Source: a virus
Lineage: Duplodnaviria > Caudoviricetes
Length of the DNA: 50,182 bases
IMG/VR virus record: IMGVR_UViG_3300044615_001189
Location: 1 to 50,182 of that record
Reading direction: 5' to 3' (one strand)
Position numbers and translations under genes: made by a program. Under the pieces are notes generated by a model. The model was not told the origin of the DNA. It worked only from the letters and a program-made list of their open reading frames with translations, and made no database searches. Shown here piece after piece: positions 43,497-50,182 of the stretch (positions are counted from its first letter, which is position 1; every line of letters begins with the position of its first letter).

Positions 43497-45455
43497 TCAG
43501 GCAGGGGTGACGTTGATCCCGTCGAATAGGACCTGGGTGAGAGTCTCACCGGGGTCGAAGCCATCGACGGAAAAGTTGATGGTGATGGGCCGGAGGAACT
43601 GCGCCGGCTGCTCGCTCTCGCTCAGCAGTTGCGTCCGCGTGTTGCTGGTGACGCTCTGGATCGTGAACGTACCGGTCGCGCCCAGCCAGATGCCGATCTG
43701 CTGCGTCACCGGCGACGTCCAGATGGTGTCGATCACCGTGAAGCGGTCGACGGATGGCGTGAGGGTGATGGCGGCCGGGATTGGGTCGAACGCCTGGTAC
43801 GGGTTGATCGGGCTGCTGCCGGTCTGCTGCGTCTGCTGGAGGATGATCTCCTCGGTGTAGACGAGCATCCAGTCCTGCGTGTTGTTGGTCGGGGCCTGGT
43901 AGGCGGTGAGGGCGATCGGCAGCTGCAGCGTTCCGCTCACCACCGCTGCGGTCTGGGTGATGCCCTGATCCCGCAGGTCGTCATCGAGGAACGGATCGAC
44001 GAACACACCGCGCTTGCTGCTGGGCTCGCGGGAGCTGATGTCGTTCCGCAGACGCTCCAGCGCCACCAGGTCGAACAGATCGACGATCAACGTCCGCATC
44101 CGCTCCAGCTGGTCGAAGGGGATGGCGCGGATGCCGTCGTTGCTGATGTTCGGCGTCGCGCCCCACTTCCACTCGATGGTCGCCAGGCTCAGCAGGTTGC
44201 TCGGCACCGCCGGCGGCAGCGCGTTGAACCTGCTGCTGATGCCCTTCACCAGGCTGAACGCTCCCTCGCGGTCGATGCAAAGGCGGTCGTAGCGCGGCAG
44301 CTTCCACCGGTAGTCGGTCAGCACCAGGCTGCCGTTCACCGCGCCGGTGATCGTCAGCACGCCGGTCTGCAGGTCGATCGCATCGGGCGTCACCGCACCC
44401 AGGTACTGGTAGGTGACGGAATAGCTGGAGCCAGGGGCGGGTTCTTTTGCGCCAGAACCGCTAGGGCTCCAGTCCACCTTGTCGCCATTCAGGAAGAAGT
44501 CGTGCGGCGAGATGTAGGTGGTGCCGCCCTGCGTCACGCTCAGGATGCTCAGCACCGACACATCGGGCAGCGTGTCCTGGCCACCGGAAAAGCCGCCCCG
44601 CGTGAGGCTGACCGTCTTCTGCCGGGTGATCACCACGCCCAGCACAGCATCGAGCGGGAAGCGGTTCATCTGCACCGTCGCGGTGCCGCCGGTGGTGCCG
44701 GTGAACACGTCCGGCTCGGAGGTCACAACCTCCAGGTCCGGGTTGTCGGTGAAGTTGGTGCGACTCGCGGTGGGCTTGTCGACCTTGTAGCCGAAGATGT
44801 TGCCCACACCCTCGCGGATGCTGAAGGTGTTGACGCCGAGAGAGTAGCCCGCACTGCGGACGGTAAGGCCGGTGACGATGTAGTTCCCGTTGCTTTCCCG
44901 GTCGTACCGGGCCAGGGCCTCCATGAACGAGTTGTCGCTGCTCACCCCCTGCTGGTTCAGCAGGGAGCCGTCGATCACCAGGTAGATCGGGTAGAAGACG
45001 CCGGGAAGCGCCTCGCCACTGTGGCCCCAGGTCGGGGTGACGCGAAGGCGGCCAGCGCCAGGCTCGGTGTAGTTGCGGGTGCCGACCGCCGGATCACGCA
45101 GGTCAGAATCCTGCAGCTCGGTCAGCTCCTCATCCAGCAGGAACACACCGATCCGCACCAGGCCGGTGAGGGGGATGGTGAAACTGCGGAGGACCACACT
45201 GCGAACGGCCGCCCGCAGGTAGATCTTGCTGTCGGGGCACGTCGTCGCGCCGGTGGTGAGATTGATGACAGGCGGCGTGCCCTCGATCACCGTGCCATCG
45301 GTGAAGACCGCATCAGCGATGCGCTTCAGCCGGTCGATGATGGTGCTCTGCGCCTCGTTCAGCTCGGCGGACTGAAGACCCTTGCCAGCGCGAAACAGCA
45401 GCTCGTCGTAACGGTCTGCTGCATCGAAGCGGTTGTAGTAGCCGGGAAGAGTCAT
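43497..45455 (-). CDS. DUF4815-like baseplate/tail protein
   Basis: YYNRFD, LQSAELNEAQ, KRGVFVDPFLDDDLRDQG, INPYQAF. Confidence 0.8.
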   Translation of the reverse strand: MTLPGYYNRFDAADRYDELLFRAGKGLQSAELNEAQSTIIDRLKRIADAVFTDGTVIEGTPPVINLTTGATTCPDSKIYLRAAVRSVVLRSFTIPLTGLVRIGVFLLDEELTELQDSDLRDPAVGTRNYTEPGAGRLRVTPTWGHSGEALPGVFYPIYLVIDGSLLNQQGVSSDNSFMEALARYDRESNGNYIVTGLTVRSAGYSLGVNTFSIREGVGNIFGYKVDKPTASRTNFTDNPDLEVVTSEPDVFTGTTGGTATVQMNRFPLDAVLGVVITRQKTVSLTRGGFSGGQDTLPDVSVLSILSVTQGGTTYISPHDFFLNGDKVDWSPSGSGAKEPAPGSSYSVTYQYLGAVTPDAIDLQTGVLTITGAVNGSLVLTDYRWKLPRYDRLCIDREGAFSLVKGISSRFNALPPAVPSNLLSLATIEWKWGATPNISNDGIRAIPFDQLERMRTLIVDLFDLVALERLRNDISSREPSSKRGVFVDPFLDDDLRDQGITQTAAVVSGTLQLPIALTAYQAPTNNTQDWMLVYTEEIILQQTQQTGSSPINPYQAFDPIPAAITLTPSVDRFTVIDTIWTSPVTQQIGIWLGATGTFTIQSVTSNTRTQLLSESEQPAQFLRPITINFSVDGFDPGETLTQVLFDGINVTPA

Positions 45456-45458
45456 GGT

Positions 45459-45944
45459 TTAGAACGTCACCACAAACTCGAAGAGCTGACGGGTGGTGAC
45501 CTCGCGGACGATCGGCGCGTTGCGCTCGATCACCAGCAGCGTGCCCGGGCTTTGCACCTGATTGGGCAGGAGGTACATCTGCCCTGCAGGTACACCAGTA
45601 GCCGCCACCGTGTCTAGGAAAATGGCGCGCTCGCGGATTGTGCTGCCGACACCATCGGCGAAGTCGAAAAAGAACTTGAAGTAGAGGCTGACTGTGGGAG
45701 TAGAGGTGATGCTGTACTTGCCCTGCGGCACTTCGATGGCACCGTTCGCATCGGCCACCACATACTCGACCTGGCTGGCCTTGCGGCGGCCCACCTCTGC
45801 CACCAGAGCGGTGTCACTCACGGACGGATCCGGCGGAGTCGAGCCCCAGCCGGTGTTGCCGCTGCCCCAGGCCATGTGAGCAGTCCGGGCCTTGATCGCC
45901 GTAGCGATGACCGTCCGCCCGCTCAGTGTCAGAAAAGCTGCCAT
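45459..45944 (-). CDS. Baseplate / tail-collar-like protein
   Basis: HMAWGSG...LVAEVGRR...TIRE...FEFVVTF. Confidence 0.7.
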   Translation of the reverse strand: MAAFLTLSGRTVIATAIKARTAHMAWGSGNTGWGSTPPDPSVSDTALVAEVGRRKASQVEYVVADANGAIEVPQGKYSITSTPTVSLYFKFFFDFADGVGSTIRERAIFLDTVAATGVPAGQMYLLPNQVQSPGTLLVIERNAPIVREVTTRQLFEFVVTF

Positions 45945-45972
45945 CGCCTCATGCCCCTCCCACGGATTCTAC

Positions 45973-46782
45973 TCAGGTCGACGTGGTGACCTTGCTGCTC
46001 ACCAGGTAGCCCGCGCCCTCCCAGGAGAAGTCCCCCCAGGCCAACGCCGAGGTCCAGTTGGTGCCGCTGTCGAACCGGCTGGCGGTCGTCGGGATGTATT
46101 CCGTCCGCCCCCAACTCAGCGTGGTGCCAACCTCGCCGGCAACGCTGATGCCGGAAAACCAGAGGATGCCGTCGACAGCGGTTGGATCCAGGTTGACGCT
46201 GCTGCTGCGGTAGTCGCCGTAGCTGATCTGTGGCCAGTCCGGCCGCGGCCGCACGCCGCTGTGGTCGCTCAGGATCGCGCCATCGGACAGCAGGCTGTCG
46301 TCCAGCATGAAGCGGCGGAAGTCGTAGACCGCGTAGATCCGCTGCAGCCGTGACCGCACCGGCGCGCTGAGCTGCGCCACCGCCGTGATCTGGCTGATGA
46401 TCGCCTCGCCCGTCGTCGGTGCATCGAGGCCGATCTGAAACTCCGCCCAGCGATAGGAGCCGCCTTCGGATTCGTCCACCTCGCCATCGAGGCCCAGCCA
46501 GCCGAGCGCCTGGAGGATCGCCGCCGGCGTGCCCCTGATCCGCTGCCACTCGACGCCATCGGCGATCGCCGCACGTTGATCGCTCAGGTACGGCAGGATC
46601 TCCGCCAGGCCGTACTCGAACACCAGCCACGGCACCACGCTGTCGGGGATGTCGGTCCGCTTCGCGGTGCGGATGGTGGGCACCGGGGCCGCGGCGCGCA
46701 CCAGGCTGGAGGTGACGCGCGACAGGTCGCGCTCCAGCGTGGTCGCGTTGGGAGGCAGCAGGTCGTAGCGGCTCGCGGTCAT
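45973..46782 (-). CDS. Tail protein I (P2 gpI-like)
   Basis: LLPPNATTLER, PWLVFEYGL, RGTPAA. Confidence 0.88.
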   Translation of the reverse strand: MTASRYDLLPPNATTLERDLSRVTSSLVRAAAPVPTIRTAKRTDIPDSVVPWLVFEYGLAEILPYLSDQRAAIADGVEWQRIRGTPAAILQALGWLGLDGEVDESEGGSYRWAEFQIGLDAPTTGEAIISQITAVAQLSAPVRSRLQRIYAVYDFRRFMLDDSLLSDGAILSDHSGVRPRPDWPQISYGDYRSSSVNLDPTAVDGILWFSGISVAGEVGTTLSWGRTEYIPTTASRFDSGTNWTSALAWGDFSWEGAGYLVSSKVTTST

Positions 46783-47618
46783 CGGTCAACGCCCGCGAAG
46801 GTGAGCGACACCGCGCCAAGGGCCGGGGCGGTGGTGGGGCTGCAGATCACATCCGCCGCTGGGGCGGTGAGCTCCACGCGCTGCACACCGGCGGCGTGGA
46901 GGGTGGCGATGAGCCAGGAGCGTGTGACGTTCCAGCCGAGGCCCGACTGCGCGGTGAAGGCCGCGGCGAGCGTCGATGCCAGGCTGTCGAACACCGTGGT
47001 GGGCGTGCTAGGCAGCAGGTAGATCGAGGCGGTGACCGGAACGGTGGTGATCGTCGCGCCGGTGACCATCACAGTGTCGGTCACCACTCGCACGCTGTCG
47101 CTCTGCAGCACGGAGTCCACCGCCTCGAGCAGCTCGGCGCTCGCCAGGCCGGTGCCGATCTTGCTCAGCACCGCCACCAGCACTTCGCCCGGGGCGGGGG
47201 AGCTCACCGACACGTCGCGCACGTCCGGGTCGGCGGTGAGCGCGTGGTAGCGATACCAGGAAGCGCCGCCGGCGGAGCTGCTGCCCTGGATCCGGTCGAT
47301 GGTCCTGCTCTGCAGCGCCGCATCGGTCTCGCCCGCCAGGCGGGTGACGCCATAGAAGGCGGCGAGGTTGTCCAGATCGGGGCCGGCCGCGTAGCGCAGC
47401 AGGGTGGCGCGCAGCGCGTCGTTCACCCGCTGCCGGAGGATTAGCTCGCGGGCCGCCGCAACCTCCAGGATCTTCACCCCCGGATCGCTCTCCAGGATCT
47501 CGGTGTAGGACGGGTCGCGGGCCTGCAGGTCCGCCAGCATCTCCTGCAGGATCGTCTCGAAGTCGAGGGCCTCGATGATCTCCGGATCCGGGATGGTCGA
47601 GAAGTCGATCGTGGCCAT
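46779..47618 (-). CDS. Baseplate J-like protein
   Basis: IIEALDFE, ESDP, DLDNLAA, SAGG...YRYHAL. Confidence 0.92.
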   Translation of the reverse strand: MATIDFSTIPDPEIIEALDFETILQEMLADLQARDPSYTEILESDPGVKILEVAAARELILRQRVNDALRATLLRYAAGPDLDNLAAFYGVTRLAGETDAALQSRTIDRIQGSSSAGGASWYRYHALTADPDVRDVSVSSPAPGEVLVAVLSKIGTGLASAELLEAVDSVLQSDSVRVVTDTVMVTGATITTVPVTASIYLLPSTPTTVFDSLASTLAAAFTAQSGLGWNVTRSWLIATLHAAGVQRVELTAPAADVICSPTTAPALGAVSLTFAGVDR

Positions 47619-47956
47619 CAGAGCACCAACCCCTCGAACGTGACCTGCTGGCCGTTGATCAGATAGTAGCCAGACAGGCTGAGCTGGATCTGCCCGTCAG
47701 CTGTCACGCTGTCGATCGTGAGGCGCTCCACCTTGAGCCGCGGCTCCCACCGGTCGAGCGCCTCCGCCGCGGCCGCCACCATGTCGGCGACGAGCGACTG
47801 GTTGATGGGGCGATCGACCAGGCCCATGAGGCGTGAGCCGTAGTCGCGTCGATGCACCCGCGTCCCCAGGGGCGTCGTGAGGATGTCCGTGATCGACTGC
47901 TTCAGGTGGTCGAAGCCACCCAGCGCAGCGCCAGTGTCGCGGCTCATGCCGGCCAT
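47618..47956 (-). CDS. Baseplate wedge W / gp25-like protein
   Basis: HLKQSITDILTTPLGTRVHRRDYGS...WEPR. Confidence 0.92.
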   Translation of the reverse strand: MAGMSRDTGAALGGFDHLKQSITDILTTPLGTRVHRRDYGSRLMGLVDRPINQSLVADMVAAAAEALDRWEPRLKVERLTIDSVTADGQIQLSLSGYYLINGQQVTFEGLVL

Positions 47957-48213
47957 CAGTTCACCTCCACATCGGGACTGCCGCCCTGGAGGGTGGCACC
48001 ACATGCAGTCTGATCCCCTACGCGGGCGACGGCCTGGCCGTTGGCGGTGGTGTCGGGGCTGCCGGTGACGATGGCGTTGGGCCCGTGGATCGGGCAGTTG
48101 TAGGTGTCCCCCACGCGCGCCACCGCGATGCCGTTGGCGGTCGTGTCGGGGCTGCCGGTGGCGACTGCGCCGCCATGGCTGCCTGGATCACCGATGCGGA
48201 TCACGGCTGGCAT
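47956..48213 (-). CDS. PAAR spike-tip protein
   Basis: MPAVIRIGD, VARVGD twice, CPIHG. Confidence 0.92.
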   Translation of the reverse strand: MPAVIRIGDPGSHGGAVATGSPDTTANGIAVARVGDTYNCPIHGPNAIVTGSPDTTANGQAVARVGDQTACGATLQGGSPDVEVN

Positions 48214-48827
48214 CAGGCTTCCGGATTGAGCTGCAGCTGCGGGGCGCTGAGCTTGATCACTTCCTCGGCCTCCACCAGCAGCCGCTTCACCTTGATGGTC
48301 GCCTCCGGCATGTCGTCGCCCGTGGCCTCCGCATCGACGCTGATCTCGGCGGTGCACAGCCTGATCCGCTTCGCCTTGAACACCACCTGGGAGTTGCTGG
48401 CGCTGGCGTCGACCGTAAAGGTGTGGCTGTCGCGGTCGTACTCGACCACCGTGCCGTCGTCATAGGTGCGGCGGTGGAGGCCTGCGCGGTCACCGTTGGC
48501 GTTGCCGTCGCTGAACAGGCCGGGGATGGCGACGCCGTTGGTGAGCTCGCCCGATGGGGCCAGGAGCATCACCACCTCGCCCACCTCCGGCGGATCCCAC
48601 ACTCGGTCCCTGCCCGCGCGGGGGGAGAACCACGGCAGCCAGTCGGTGAGGATCGCGCCGTCCTGGAGGCTGACGCGGATGGCGGGGAAGCCCGCCGTCT
48701 CGCCGCTGTAGTCCGCTTCCGCCACGGTGCCGTAGCGGGCGACGTTGCTCAGCCGGCGCGCGTGATCAGTGGCCTCACGGCCCCCGACGCCGCTGGTGAT
48801 CTGGTCATCCCGCTGGAGTTGAAACAT
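48213..48827 (-). CDS. Baseplate spike protein V
   Basis: TDWLPW..RAG...PPEVGEVV...PSGE...DGTVVEYD. Confidence 0.9.
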   Translation of the reverse strand: MFQLQRDDQITSGVGGREATDHARRLSNVARYGTVAEADYSGETAGFPAIRVSLQDGAILTDWLPWFSPRAGRDRVWDPPEVGEVVMLLAPSGELTNGVAIPGLFSDGNANGDRAGLHRRTYDDGTVVEYDRDSHTFTVDASASNSQVVFKAKRIRLCTAEISVDAEATGDDMPEATIKVKRLLVEAEEVIKLSAPQLQLNPEA

Positions 48828-49113
48828 GGGCCTGCCACATGGCGCGAGTGACAAGGGAGGGCTCAGCGGCGGGGCTGTCGTCAGGCAGCATCAGCAGCTG
48901 GGAGGCGTACAGGAAGATGCCCTGCCTGATGGGGTGGGGGCAAGGGTCGGGGATGGGCCGGCCGATGAAGGCCTCGGCCGCGGCGGTGGCACGGTCCAGG
49001 GCGGGGCGGGCGCGGTCGGCGTCGATGTCGGTGCCGATGAAAGCCTCCAGCGCCTCGAGGGAAAGGTCGAGGGGCGGCGGTGGGGGTGCCTTGCGGCGGC
49101 GGGTGGTGGCCAT
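48805..49113 (-). CDS. HK97 gp6-like head-tail connector fold protein
   Basis: LSLEALEAFI...AATxAEAFIGR-like helix...PHPIRQGIFLYASQL. Confidence 0.5.
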   Translation of the reverse strand: MATTRRRKAPPPPPLDLSLEALEAFIGTDIDADRARPALDRATAAAEAFIGRPIPDPCPHPIRQGIFLYASQLLMLPDDSPAAEPSLVTRAMWQAHVSTPAG

Positions 49114-49703
49114 CAGGAGGGTGTTCCGTTGACGATGATTGTCGCGCCGCCGGTGGGGCAGACGGTGCCACTGCCGCCGCCGGGGCAGCCGGGGGTGACC
49201 TGCCCACCAGGGTAGGCACCGGACTGCTCCAGGGAGCCGTCGCTGATCACGTAGGGGTCGCTGCAGGCGCGATAGGGGGTGTTGTACTCGACCGCGTAGC
49301 GGAGGGTGGTGGCGTTGGTGGTGAGGCTGCCGTCGAAGTCTGGCGGCTCGGAGCTGGTGTCCATCAGCATGGCGTCGGCCGACTCGAAGCCAGGGATGAT
49401 CCAGGCTTGAAGGGCGGTTTCAACCTGCTGGGCCATGGTGTCGAGATCCTCGTCCAGGTCGTCGTAGGACTGCGCGACGACGATGACGGAGACGATGCAG
49501 CGGCGACGCTCGAAGCCATCGAACCCGGAAGTGGAGCGGTCGATGACCTGCTCCGGCTCGCGGGTGTGCACGACGATGGCGGGAAGCTCGGGCTCTTCGA
49601 TCGGCATGAGCCGCCCGGAGTAGACGCGCTGCCCCAGCGAGGGGATGGCCGCGCGGAGCTGCGTGACGAAGGCCTGGCGGAGAAGGGTGCGGCGGTGGGT
49701 CAT
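49113..49703 (-). CDS. Tail terminator / completion protein
   Basis: HRRTLLRQAFV...RVYSGR...ELPAIVV...DLDTMAQQVETAL. Confidence 0.7.
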   Translation of the reverse strand: MTHRRTLLRQAFVTQLRAAIPSLGQRVYSGRLMPIEEPELPAIVVHTREPEQVIDRSTSGFDGFERRRCIVSVIVVAQSYDDLDEDLDTMAQQVETALQAWIIPGFESADAMLMDTSSEPPDFDGSLTTNATTLRYAVEYNTPYRACSDPYVISDGSLEQSGAYPGGQVTPGCPGGGSGTVCPTGGATIIVNGTPS

Positions 49704-50182
49704 GGCGGCGTGGTCTTGTAGGGATGGCCGGCGGGCAGGTTGGCGGTCAGGCCCCACTTCCAAGCCAGATAGCCTTCATTCTGCTGGCGAGTTGATGTTG
49801 CGGCGACCGAAGCCAGCACGATGCACTCTGCAATTGTAATTGCCGCTGCTTGTTGATTTCCGGCATTTGAAAGACCGCCAATGTGCGCGACATCCTGACC
49901 AAACGGGTTATCAGTAAAAGTTCCTCTTTGCGATCCGTTGATCCAAAACGATTTGGCTGCTGATCCGTTGTCATCTTCTAAAATCGCAATAACACTTTGC
50001 CCGGAAGCGTAGGCGGCAGTGCTAACAATGTCGTTAGATCCATAACTCGAAATAAAGCTTCCAGCGCCTCGCGCAAGCAACATGCTTCCGCTTCCATCAA
50101 TTGGGCCAACAGCCATAACGCCTCTATAGCTGCTTTGGCTACTGTTGACTTTATAGACCGCGATTAATGTGAGAGCCCCGGC
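49700..50182 (-). CDS. C-terminal part of the LamG-like lectin virion protein (joins 1-414)
   Basis: IAECIV...RQQNEGYLAWKWGLTANLPAGHPYK; frame continuous across the junction. Confidence 0.75.
   Translation of the reverse strand, partial: AGALTLIAVYKVNSSQSSYRGVMAVGPIDGSGSMLLARGAGSFISSYGSNDIVSTAAYASGQSVIAILEDDNGSAAKSFWINGSQRGTFTDNPFGQDVAHIGGLSNAGNQQAAAITIAECIVLASVAATSTRQQNEGYLAWKWGLTANLPAGHPYKTTPP
50042..50182. repeat. Terminal direct repeat, right copy
   Basis: Matches 1-141 with 4 mismatches in the last 15 nt. Confidence 0.95.

Noticed and set aside
42067-45455. Frameshifted pseudogene of one large baseplate protein
   Set aside because: Both ORFs have clean starts and stops 2 nt apart and look like a normal two-gene arrangement.
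6629-46569. HIP1 octamer GCGATCGC (seen at 6629, 13852, 34174, 36651, 37110, 46562)
   Set aside because: Only a handful found by eye in GC-rich DNA; enrichment cannot be established without a Markov-corrected count.
1-50182. Genome-wide stop-codon reassignment
   Set aside because: Core genes are intact under the standard code and use TGA and TAG as real stops, so any readthrough would be local.

Overview
The window is an essentially complete, circularly permuted genome (about 50,041 bp; the ends overlap by 141 bp) of a GC-rich temperate myovirus in its excised, attP-containing form. It has a lambda-like head module (GpA terminase, gpW, lambda portal, protease-capsid fusion) and a P2-like contractile tail and baseplate. 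Replication and recombination genes are a Prim-Pol/VapE protein, an SF2 helicase, VRR-NUC, RecE/RecT-like proteins and SSB. A tyrosine integrase lies next to an attP core matching the 3' half of a tRNA-Met(CAT), and there is a lysis cassette. Cyanobacterial-type SSB, an NblA-like ORF, HLR1-like promoter boxes and small cyanophage-type proteins point to a picocyanobacterial (Cyanobium/Synechococcus-like) host; this is an inference. The most notable items are: (1) a three-copy, covarying H-type RNA pseudoknot starting exactly 5 nt after UGA stop codons in an accessory gene array, with stop-free in-frame linkers into downstream ORFs; (2) seven promoters built as a 10-bp-spaced direct repeat, then 28-29 nt, then a -10 box, resembling host RpaB/HLR1 light-responsive sites, in a phage with no obvious CI repressor; (3) a ParB-cupin-IbrA(PAPS reductase)-IbrB cluster with degenerate PRTase-like and QueE-like ORFs just upstream of the terminase, a candidate DNA-modification system. 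All family assignments come from reading motifs by eye, not from database searches.
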